Virus record (IMG/VR): IMGVR_UViG_3300008266_000015
DNA: 64,000 bases
Reading direction: 5' to 3' (one strand)
Source of the DNA: a virus
Shown piece by piece: positions 53,090 to 62,256 of the stretch. Position numbers and translations under genes: made by a program. The stretch's first letter is position 1, and every line of letters begins with the position of its first letter. The notes beneath the pieces are model-generated. The model was not told the DNA's origin. It saw only the letters and a program-made list of their open reading frames with translations, and made no database searches.

Positions 53090-55414
53090 ATGAAAAGCAA
53101 ATTCACTCAGGTTTCATCAAATGAAATCAAACTAGAATTAATCCATAATTATTTGACTCAATGTGATCGTTCATTTCTATTAATAGAGCAAAATAGAGGT
53201 GTGTATAGTATAGGTAGGGCTGTTCAACTATATCAGTTGGATGGGCTTAAGAAAGAACACATCAAGGAATTAGCGTGGACAAAGGATGATAATCATGGTG
53301 GAATGAGAGACTCAGATGCACACCATAAAGGACTCACAACATTAGATGGTTGTAAAAGTGTAGCATTGGATTATTTGGAAAAAATATTAGGAGTAGAAAT
53401 TGAATAGGATTACAAGTTAAACAGTTGTATATTTAATTAACTTAAAAAACAAAAGTTATGAAAACGACAGAACTAAAACAAGGATACTCAATCTTTGGGA
53501 ACAAAGGAAATGTATGGAGCAATACAGCTCATATCTACAAAAGTGGAACAGGGAACTTATGTGGTACACCTGCACTATCAAATAACTGGGCTAGGATTGA
53601 ACAAGTAGAGCATGTTGGATGTCCGGAATGTTTAGAAAAGTATAAATTAGAAAACTAAATATATGTACATAGCAATTAATAAAGCAAACCATTTGGAATT
53701 TCATAGTTTCGAATGGACGGAAGATGACAGGTTGATTGTGAATGGAGAAGAAGTAAAACCTGAAGAATGGGATATAGTAGAGGTATCAATGGTATATCAG
53801 GATTATTGTTGTTAAAAAAATAAAGGTTATGACAAGAAAACAATTCCACAAAGCAATCAACAAAGATGTATATGAATATATGAATCAACACTATCCCGAA
53901 TTCGACATTGATGATAGTGAAGGATATGGTCGTGTGTATTTTGTGGATACCACATCCTCTAAACCATGGGATGATAGTATAGAATACCATCAATCAAGAC
54001 ATGATTTGTGTACACTGAATGGAGCTAGTGATAAGGTAAAAGCCGTTGAGCAAGAACTTGAGAGTTGGATAAACGCTTTAATTAAACAATATCAATAGGA
54101 TTACAAGGTTTATAAGCGTATATTTAGTCAACCTAAAAAATAAAAGTTATGAAAACAAATGTAAACTTAGAAATGTATCAAAACATTGATAGCATTTCAG
54201 AAAAACTAACAACAAGGATTACACAGTTAGAACTACTAATTGATGAATATTGTGAGAGATTCGTAACTTCACATGAAGATTTAGAACAAGTTACTAAATT
54301 CAACGAAATGTTAAATGACTTGTATGAGGATCTAGATTCAATTACTGAGGTTAAAAGCGTGTTATATAATTAATTAGGACTACAAATTAAACAGTTGTAT
54401 ATTTAATTAACTTAAAAAACATAAAAAATGAAAATAACTAAAGCAAATAAGCTCCCCGGAACACAATATTTAGAACTATTAGATGTAGCAAAGTATTTAC
54501 GTGCAGTGTACGTTAGTGCCTTGACAGAAGTAGAAAAACAACATTACAGAAGAGTATATACTGAAGCTAGAACAAATGGATTACGTAGTAAAATGGTAGG
54601 TGCTACCTCGTTTAAAGCAATGGATAAGGTAATGAAAGTAGCTCAAAATGAATATCCACATTTGGACATTAAAATTGCAAAGAATAAACCAATGTATTCA
54701 TTTGCATTACATGGTGTTAATATATTTGTTAAAGTAAAAAAATAGGAATACCCTTTAATTAATCATATATTTAAGTAAACGAAAAAATAAGAGTTATGAA
54801 AATAAAAGACCTAATTAAACACCTCGAAACATTAGATCAAGAAAAAGAACTAGTTGTGATTGCAACGGACCCAACAGATTGGGACTATGGTTTAGTTGTA
54901 AATGAAACAACAATTAGATTGGAGGAGATCTGGCCTTCTGAGGAGAATGGATTAGAAGAAGAATTAGGTGAACCTGATTACCATCATGATAAAGGAATTG
55001 ATTGTTATGTTATTAGATTAGATTGTTAGGATTACAAAATAAACAATAGTATATTTAAATAAAAATAAGATATGACAATATTATTAATTTGGTTAGGTGG
55101 ATTTCTATTAGGAGCTGGGATCACATTATTTATTACAAACAAAAAGCAACAATAATATTCAGAATATGAAAATATATCAAGTATATAGTGGGGAAGAGGA
55201 TAAACATGGATTCCAGAGAGAATACTACATAGCAACATATGTTAGTAAGGAAAAAGCATTACAACATTGTGAACGTATAGTGGAGGAAACTCCATTGTAT
55301 GGGGATAAATTAGAGGAGGTAGAAGGGAGTTGGGGAAAATGTTGGGATGCTATTGGGTGGGGTAGAGTAACGATTTGTGCTTTATATGAGAGGGAAGTGA
55401 ATGTGGAGGTATGA
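53090..55414 (+). CDS. Cluster of short hypothetical early ORFs (53090, 53458, 53663, 53829, 54149, 54428, 54796, 55166)
   Basis: Most lie behind a TAGGA promoter and A-rich leader. Confidence 0.65.
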
Positions 55415-55570
55415 CAAGTTCGTATATATGGATATATGGATATACGTATAGTTGGGAGTATGTGACCTAGGGATCAACGGGAATGGGGTGCAGGGATTGG
55501 GGAGACACAACCCCTTCCCACACCTCCCCACCCCACTTTGCATCGACAAAATATATATGTATATACAACG
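55415..55570. other. G-tract/C-tract inverted element flanked by TATATA-type motifs (origin-like)
   Basis: GGGAATGGGGTGCAGGGATTGGGGAG followed by CCCCTTCCCACACCTCCCCACCCC; no credible gene. Confidence 0.45.
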
Positions 55571-55648
55571 ACACACGCAAAATACAGTAAAACTTGCGGG
55601 GATTACATGGTTTTTTAACATATATTTAACTCAATAAATAAAGAAAAT

Positions 55649-55873
55649 ATGAAAACAGATGTTAATTTAGATATGTACAGAAACGTTGATATAATTTCAG
55701 CGGAACTAAAAATAGCTATTGATGCTCTTGAACAAGATGTTGATGATTTCTGTTCCAATTTTGTTAAAACACAAGAGGACTTGCAACTAGTTTCATTGTT
55801 CCAGTCCATGTTGAATGATTTATACAATGATTTGGAAAACATTAACAACATAAGAGGTGTATTATACAACTAG
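55649..55873 (+). CDS. Hypothetical protein, paralog of 54149..54373
   Basis: MKT.VNL.MY.N.D.IS..L ... MLNDLY.DL ... VLYN. Confidence 0.75.
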   Translation: MKTDVNLDMYRNVDIISAELKIAIDALEQDVDDFCSNFVKTQEDLQLVSLFQSMLNDLYNDLENINNIRGVLYN

Positions 55874-55950
55874 GAATACAAAAAATACGTTCGTATATTT
55901 ATCTCATAAGAAAAGCATTTAAAAACGTTTAATTAATTGATTAAGCATAT

Positions 55951-56023
55951 AGTCAGGTGGCGGAATGGATGGGCAACGTCAACTAATTAATAGATACAGG
56001 TTCGAATCCTGTCCTGACTACCA
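55951..56023 (+). ncRNA. tRNA-like element 6 (73 nt including encoded CCA)
   Basis: AGTCAGG...ACAGGTTCGAATCCTGTCCTGACTACCA; no canonical anticodon arm. Confidence 0.78.
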
Positions 56024-56024
56024 A

Positions 56025-56460
56025 ATGTTGGCTGAAAAGTTAGGCTTTTGTTTCTATATAGGGAAGATGACTAAGAAACAGGAACTAGAGTCTATTAGAG
56101 GTACAATCATCAGTATATCTCTTACAACATTATATAGTTCTTTGCATTTTTACTTACCTTCACCATATGTATAATGGAACACAAAAGGGATCCTCACAGT
56201 AGGACAACGAGAAGTGAATGCTAGTCAGGACTGCTCTCAACCAAGTAGTGCTCAAAAACGCGCTCTTTACACATATTAGTTACAACAAAAGCATTAATGC
56301 ACCCGGAGTAATATACCGGTTTTTAAATTTTGACAAAAATGTTCCCGCCTCTAGTCGACCCAATTAGATGAGCAAATAACATGAGTTAATGATACAGCAA
56401 AACAATGTGAGTTAAATTTATACATAAAGCTGGTTGATAATTAGGTTGACTGGCTACCTT
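56025..56460 (+). ncRNA. Unnamed structured RNA(s) downstream of element 6
   Basis: ATGTTG/CAACAT, TGTTTCT/AGAAACA, AGAGGTA/TATCTCT, CCGG/CCGG, TAGTCGACCCAATTA/TAATTAGGTTGACTG; no credible ORF. Confidence 0.5.
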
Positions 56461-56529
56461 ACTGTTCAAATACTAGGATTACATAACATATATTCGTATA
56501 TTTAAATAAACAAAAAAACAAAAACATCT

Positions 56530-56631
56530 ATGAAAAAAGCAATTCAGAGTCCAGTTATTTTAATTCCAACTTGGTTTATTACCATTTATTATGTTGGATT
56601 AGTATTAAGTATTATTTTTACTCAAAGTTAG
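56530..56631 (+). CDS. Small membrane peptide (33 aa)
   Basis: Own promoter at 56474; hydrophobic; TAG stop lies in the next promoter. Confidence 0.5.
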   Translation: MKKAIQSPVILIPTWFITIYYVGLVLSIIFTQS

Positions 56632-56664
56632 GATTCCAGAATTTTAGTTCGTATATTAATTAAA

Positions 56665-56878
56665 TAAGTAACCGGCCCCAGTAACGGGGGATAAGTTAAA
56701 GTGAAAAGGACGGTTCAAACAGGGGAGCCATTTAGGGACAAGAGGATGAAATAAGCCCGCCCTCGGCTCACCCGATTTAAAGGTGGACATAATAGCCACC
56801 ACGCGAAGGCCGGCCAACTCATAGAGTCGTCGAGCCACTTAAACCATGGAGGTCCACAACGTTGGGCCTCCATTTATT
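56665..56878 (+). ncRNA. Stand-alone GC-rich small RNA with its own promoter and terminator
   Basis: Promoter at 56629; stems CCCC/GGGG, GGTTC/GAGCC, GAGG/CCTC, GGCTC/GAGCC, GGTGG/CCACC; terminator ATGGAGGTCC/GGGCCTCCAT at 56846-56873. Confidence 0.65.
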
Positions 56879-56934
56879 TATTAGGATTACACGTTTTATA
56901 ATTGTATATTTAATTAACCTAAAAAATTAAAAAT

Positions 56935-57198
56935 ATGAAAACTAAAATAAATTGCTTCGGTCAAACAATTAAGATTAATTCCCAACAAGAACTAGTTGAG
57001 TTTCTGACTAATAATCCATTCAAAACAGAGAAACAAATATGTGCTGAACTATGGAATTCAGAACGAGAAAAAAAACATGCCGACCTGATTAGACGTGCTT
57101 TATTTAAGGGTACAATTGGTAGGGTTAGAGTTAAAACAGGAACTAGAAATAGAATTCATTACTATGTTTCGTCTGAGAGACAAACATATAATTTTTAA
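56935..57198 (+). CDS. Hypothetical winged-HTH-like protein
   Basis: LVEFL..NP..TEKQI..EL pattern. Confidence 0.55.
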   Translation: MKTKINCFGQTIKINSQQELVEFLTNNPFKTEKQICAELWNSEREKKHADLIRRALFKGTIGRVRVKTGTRNRIHYYVSSERQTYNF

Positions 57199-57256
57199 AA
57201 ATAATAGGATTACATATTAAATAACTGTATATTCAAGTAACTTAAAAAACATAAAT

Positions 57257-57430
57257 ATGAAAAAGATAGTTTTAATGATTATGACTGCATTGATGATATC
57301 TGCGGTTGCGAACGCAAATACAACAGATAGAAACAAGAAAAGAAAGAAACATAAAACACATAAAAGCAGCCATCATGGTTGGAAAAATGTTTCAATAGGG
57401 CGAACATGTAATAAGAAAAAACGTCATTAA
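57257..57430 (+). CDS. Signal peptide plus highly cationic peptide (57 aa)
   Basis: Read manually: MKKIVLMIMTALMISAVANA-NTTDRNKKRKKHKTHKSSHHG... Confidence 0.6.
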   Translation: MKKIVLMIMTALMISAVANANTTDRNKKRKKHKTHKSSHHGWKNVSIGRTCNKKKRH

Positions 57431-57455
57431 GATTATTTATTAGTAGTAGTTTATT

Positions 57456-57490
57456 AATGGGGCGGATGCTTAAGTCCGCCCATTATTATT
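57456..57490 (+). terminator. Intrinsic terminator
   Basis: AATGGGGCGGA-TGCTTAAG-TCCGCCCATT hairpin. Confidence 0.75.
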
Positions 57491-57673
57491 TTCAGTTACA
57501 ATATTAGGATTACAAGTTATATAGTTGTATATTTAAGTATAAGAAAAATAAATAATTCGTTCTTTAAATAAAAATAAGTAAAATAAATTAATTAGGATTA
57601 CAAGATATACAGTTGTATATTTAAAACATAATAAAAATAAATAATTAAAAACTAAAAACAAAAAATAAAGGTT

Positions 57674-58012
57674 ATGAAAAACGAAAATCAAAACATCGAA
57701 ACAAAACAATTAGGTAGACCTGTTAATCCGAATTCAGTTCGTCAACAACGATTAGCAGAGTTAGAAGCAAAACGTAATAACGGAGAGTTAAAACGAGGAC
57801 GTCCGGTAAACGGGACATCAGTACGTCAAGCTAGATTAGCTGAGTTAGCAGCGAAAGCTGAATTAAACGGAGGCGTTATTAAAAGAGGTCGTCCCTCAAA
57901 TGGCGAATCAGAACGTCAAAAACGATTAGCTGAGCGTGCTGCTAAAGCAGCGAGTGGAATTGAAATTAAACGCGGTCGACCAGCAATGGTTAAAGCAGAA
58001 GTTAGTAAGTAA
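57674..58012 (+). CDS. Protein built of four AT-hook (GRP) repeats
   Basis: LGRP, KRGRP, KRGRP, KRGRP, the first three followed by an S.RQ.RLAE helix; two tandem promoters upstream. Confidence 0.8.
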   Translation: MKNENQNIETKQLGRPVNPNSVRQQRLAELEAKRNNGELKRGRPVNGTSVRQARLAELAAKAELNGGVIKRGRPSNGESERQKRLAERAAKAASGIEIKRGRPAMVKAEVSK

Positions 58013-58121
58013 GTTGTGTATGTTTTAAGTAATAGGGTAGTCCGTTAGGACTACCTTATTTTATCTCATATATTTAAATATAATAAAAAAAGATAATTTA
58101 AACTTTTAAAAACTTAAAACT

Positions 58122-59232
58122 ATGATGAACTGGACAGAATTAAGACCTAAATTAAGAGCTGAGTTTAAAGATAATTTTACTTTTTATAATGATACTTATA
58201 AAAGTGGAAATAAGAGAGTGAAAATATGTTGTAATGTATTAGATGCGAATGTAGTAAAAGCATTTATTTTAGAACAAGATTCTGAATTAGATGTAAAAAT
58301 CGAAACATTATACCCCCCGTTTATTAGTGTAGGAATTGATTATGTAATGATTAGATATAACAAGATATAAATTAGTTAAATGGGTAGGTCATTAGGCCTA
58401 CCCTATTATATTTAGTATATTTAATTAACTTAAAAAACGAAACATATGAAATCAAAGCAAATATTATTAAACATGTTAGCCGTTGTTATAACGTTTGAAT
58501 ACATTGGAGTAACCGCAGCATGTGTTATGTACCCGAGCTGGGGAGCATTGGTAATGAATATTGCTTGTGCTGTAGCATGTGTTGTAACTGTACATAATGC
58601 CCATTTCTATAAATACCAAACGCGTTAGGACTACACATTAGTATATTGTATATTCAATCAACCAATAAAACATAAACATATGAGTACTCAAATTACATTC
58701 CCTAAACCATTTCAGTGGTTCATTAAAATAGGAATATCAATAGCTGGTATAGTGGGTTTAATAAATGTGGAGATTGCCTCACATAAGAGTGGATGTGAGT
58801 TTTTCATAATGGTGGGTATTGAATTGGTTACCTTATGTTATGGCTTGTGGCTTACTAGATTTATCGATGAATAGGACTACATAGTATATGCTCGTATATT
58901 AAATTAACTTAAAAAACGTAAAATATATGAAAATCGAATTAAGAAAATTAAACGTACTCGAGTATTTACAATTTGAACGCGATGAACGTATTCCTGAGTT
59001 AATCGAATCGTATGATGGCGATGTAGAATATGTCATTAATGAGATATGGGGTCCATTAACTACAGTATTGGACGGGAAAACAGATAATGACTTAATGGAC
59101 ATTATTAATTCCATCATGGATAAAGATACGTATGAGGACGAGTTTAATGCGTTTAAATTACATATAGGATCCGACGATATAGAAGAGATAGACTGCTGGC
59201 TTGTATGGGAAATGATTTGTAACCCATTATAA
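58122..59232 (+). CDS. Four short hypothetical ORFs (58122, 58446, 58680, 58927); two are membrane proteins
   Basis: One promoter per gene. Confidence 0.6.
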
Positions 59233-59239
59233 GATTTAC

Positions 59240-59510
59240 TTATATATGCGTACGTACGTATGCAATTATAAATACTGGCCCATGCGCGCCGTCGTCCATA
59301 TAGCGGGCGGGCGCGTCGGGACAGGATATGCCACCAATTCCCACATCTTATACAACTTTTACGCCTCGACTTGTATATACGTATATACATATATACCCAT
59401 AAACATATCTAAATTTTCAAACTAACCCTTTTTGCCAAACCTTAAAAGGAACGCACCCAACCAAAAAAACGATCTTTTCATTATCGACAAAGTATATACG
59501 TATATTTATA
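59240..59510. other. GC-rich, palindrome-rich non-coding locus (origin- or terminus-like)
   Basis: TACGTACGTA, GCGCGCC..GGGCGGGCGCG, GTATATACGTATATAC. Confidence 0.45.
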
Positions 59511-59526
59511 ATAAACCATTTATCTA

Positions 59527-60144
59527 ATGAATTTAACAGAGATCTACATTAACGTATTTTTTGAGAATTTTTTTAAAGAACTACAAGAAGAATACCCATT
59601 AAATGAGGAATCAAATCCAGCTCTTCAAGAATTGCTCACTAAAGCAAACGAGCTTGTTTTTAAAAAGTTTGGTATCAATCCAAGTAATAAAGTTTATTTT
59701 ATAGCAGGTTCGGCAGCCCTATATCTTTTCCCAGTTTTAAGAGACAAATTGGATTTACGTAGTACAGTAGGTGATTTAGATATTATTATTCCAGAAGCTA
59801 AATATTGGAAACAAGCAGGTCTCGAGGGACAAACCATCTATCGTCCTAAAGAAGACAAGCGTATTGAGGTGTTTACTGAGTGGGATCCTGCTAAAGCAGG
59901 GGGTGATTATGAAAATATAAAAGTAAGAAGTACCTCAGATATTCTAAAAGATTCATTTCAATCTCAAGGCTATTGGTTCATGAGTTTAATAGATATTTTT
60001 GATTATAAAATGAAGTTAGGTCGTCCTAAAGAAAAGGATATTCTTGATAAAATTAAAGCATATCAAGACGGAACTATTACCGATAAAATTAGTTTATTAA
60101 GACAATTACTTTCTTATTATAAAAAAGAAGATATTAAAAACTAG
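59527..60144 (+). CDS. Nucleotidyltransferase-fold protein
   Basis: IAGSAAL...GDLDI; K..LGRPKE..D. Confidence 0.6.
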   Translation: MNLTEIYINVFFENFFKELQEEYPLNEESNPALQELLTKANELVFKKFGINPSNKVYFIAGSAALYLFPVLRDKLDLRSTVGDLDIIIPEAKYWKQAGLEGQTIYRPKEDKRIEVFTEWDPAKAGGDYENIKVRSTSDILKDSFQSQGYWFMSLIDIFDYKMKLGRPKEKDILDKIKAYQDGTITDKISLLRQLLSYYKKEDIKN

Positions 60145-60369
60145 GATTTCAAAATTTCATTTTATATATTCCAGAAAAAAATATATGAAAAATTTTATAA
60201 AAATAATCCTTGTAATTATTATGTATTACCTTATTGGTAGTTTTATTGCTTGGGACCTTGACATAGCCAATTGGAGTTGGGTAGGTAGAGTATTCTATAT
60301 TATATTTAGTATTTGGGGGATATCTAAAGTAACAGAAGATTAATATATACATATATACGTAGGAAGGTT

Positions 60370-60876
60370 ATGAATGGTAGGACATTATGGGTTAAAGAGG
60401 AAATTCTTGAGAGAGTTTCCTCCATTGTTGGGTATTTTAATAATACTTATTCACCAAATGATCAAGTTTTATTTGCTCCTGTTTTACAAGGGGCAATTCC
60501 TTTTTTCTCAGATATTGCTAAAGGAGTTACATTTGATCCTTTTATTGAATATATTGGTATTAGTTCATATAAAGGTGAACAACAGAAAGAATTCAATCTA
60601 TATCGTATGATTGATACCAAATATATTTCGGGTAAAATAGTATGGTTATTTGATGATATTGCTGATTCAGGAAATACGTTAAATTATTTATCTAAGTTGT
60701 TATACCAACGGGGAGCACAAGATGTAAAGACATGTGTGTTAATTAAAAAACAGCATTGTAAATGTAATATTGATCAATTTGGATTTGAAATGGGTGATGG
60801 TTGGTTATGGGGTTATGGTATGGATTCACCAAATGGAAAAGGACGCTCATTAAATAATATATATTGTAAATTATGA
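60370..60876 (+). CDS. hpt: Hypoxanthine phosphoribosyltransferase-like protein
   Basis: VLQGAIPFFSD, ISSY, PRPP loop LFDDIADSGNTL, GYGMD..GR.L. Confidence 0.88.
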   Translation: MNGRTLWVKEEILERVSSIVGYFNNTYSPNDQVLFAPVLQGAIPFFSDIAKGVTFDPFIEYIGISSYKGEQQKEFNLYRMIDTKYISGKIVWLFDDIADSGNTLNYLSKLLYQRGAQDVKTCVLIKKQHCKCNIDQFGFEMGDGWLWGYGMDSPNGKGRSLNNIYCKL

Positions 60877-61361
60877 AAAAAATCCCTTCAATTAAATCTA
60901 TTTCGCTTGAGGAAGCAGAACAATATATTTCTCAAGATGAGGATGTGCAAAATTCTTCTATTTATTATTTTACATTAACCCCACAAGAACCACCTCCGGG
61001 TGTTGATGGGAGTTGGGATGTAACTTATTATACTAGAAGACCAAAAAAGACTGTTCCAACTGATGGAATGGGGGATGATATTATTTATGTTTTATCAAAT
61101 CCCTCAATTCCTGGTTTATTAAAAATAGGATACACACGTAAGGAAATTGGTATCCGAATTAAGGATCTTTCTAAAGCAACAGGAGTTCCAACACCATTTA
61201 AATTGGAGTACGTGTTCAGATGTTATAATGGACTACAGCTTGAGAGTGATATACACAAGCATTTAAAAGATTTTAGACCGAACAATTATCGCGAATTTTT
61301 TGATGTAACATTAAATCAAGCTATAGAAGCTGTCAAACATTTAGGAGAAAGTTATATTTAA
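60873..61361 (+). CDS. GIY-YIG (T5orf172-like) domain protein
   Basis: IYVLSNPSIPGLLKIGYT, ATGVPTPF, LE..IH, REFF. Confidence 0.85.
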   Translation: MKKIPSIKSISLEEAEQYISQDEDVQNSSIYYFTLTPQEPPPGVDGSWDVTYYTRRPKKTVPTDGMGDDIIYVLSNPSIPGLLKIGYTRKEIGIRIKDLSKATGVPTPFKLEYVFRCYNGLQLESDIHKHLKDFRPNNYREFFDVTLNQAIEAVKHLGESYI

Positions 61362-61417
61362 CTTGGGATATTGAATATTTATTATTATATTAAAATTAAA
61401 ACAAATTAAAATTTATT

Positions 61418-61582
61418 ATGAAACAATTTATTATTCTAGCTGCACTAATTACACTTTTAACTGCATGTGGTGGAACCAAAACCGAAACTATTTCTGTAAC
61501 TGATTCTGTTACTATTGATACGGTTACTGTTGATACTACTATTATTGTTAAAGATTCAGTTAAAACTGATACTATAAAGTAA
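61418..61582 (+). CDS. Small lipoprotein with Thr/Asp/Val-rich tail (54 aa)
   Basis: Read manually: MKQFIILAALITLLTACGG... Confidence 0.65.
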   Translation: MKQFIILAALITLLTACGGTKTETISVTDSVTIDTVTVDTTIIVKDSVKTDTIK

Positions 61583-61756
61583 TTAGTATACTAGTGTTTG
61601 ATTTGAATTGCTTCATATTTATGGGAAACCATATATGAGGCAATTTTTGTTTTAAAATAATTAAGTAAAATGTTTTTCAAAAATAAATTAACTTTAATTG
61701 ATAAATCTATTAATTTAGTAGGTTATTTATTTAAAACGCTTTTTGATATTTTTAAA

Positions 61757-62176
61757 ATGAATATAAATAACATATTTAACTTATTTAGCGATCAACCTCA
61801 AGATGATGAAAATGAATTATTAATAGATTTTTCAGAACATCCTTTTTATTGGATTGGAGGGTTTAATAAAATAATTTCTAATCATTCTTATTTTAAACAA
61901 TATGCTGTTAAAATGTTTAAGGATGCTTCTCCAAGTTTAGATGAGGATGAAGTTGAACGAGCTGGGAACCATATAATGTTTGAAAAAGCTTGGGAGTATA
62001 TAAAAGATATAAAATTAAATAACCAATTTCATATTGAGTGTTTAAGGAAAAAAGCATCTTTTGGGTTTTGTAAAAACTTAGAGTATGCAGTACAACATTT
62101 TGAACAATTTGAAGAATATGAAAAATGTGCCTTACTTAAAGGTATTGAAATTAAAGTTAAAGAATTTTTAAAGTAA
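61757..62176 (+). CDS. Hypothetical protein with UVR-like C-terminus
   Basis: AVQHFEQFEEYEKCALLK. Confidence 0.65.
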   Translation: MNINNIFNLFSDQPQDDENELLIDFSEHPFYWIGGFNKIISNHSYFKQYAVKMFKDASPSLDEDEVERAGNHIMFEKAWEYIKDIKLNNQFHIECLRKKASFGFCKNLEYAVQHFEQFEEYEKCALLKGIEIKVKEFLK

Positions 62177-62256
62177 ACTTGATTGCTTATTCTTTTACCC
62201 GTATATTAAAATTACGGGTTTTAAAAAACAGAATAAGTAATTAAAGGAGATGGGGA

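Noticed and set aside
35567-56023. Calling the six elements ordinary tRNA genes
   Set aside because: None has a canonical anticodon arm in register; the inserts are too short for group I introns and I saw no clear bulge-helix-bulge motif.
55965-56174. 69-aa ORF, plus ORFs 55452-55637, 56656-56838 (-) and 58899-59390 (-)
   Set aside because: They overlap structured RNA or origin-like DNA, lack the A-rich leader and have atypical composition.
60149-60352. Gene between the nucleotidyltransferase and hpt
   Set aside because: The plus-strand ATG after the promoter closes after four codons, and the minus-strand 67-aa ORF has no recognisable features; possibly a decayed cassette.
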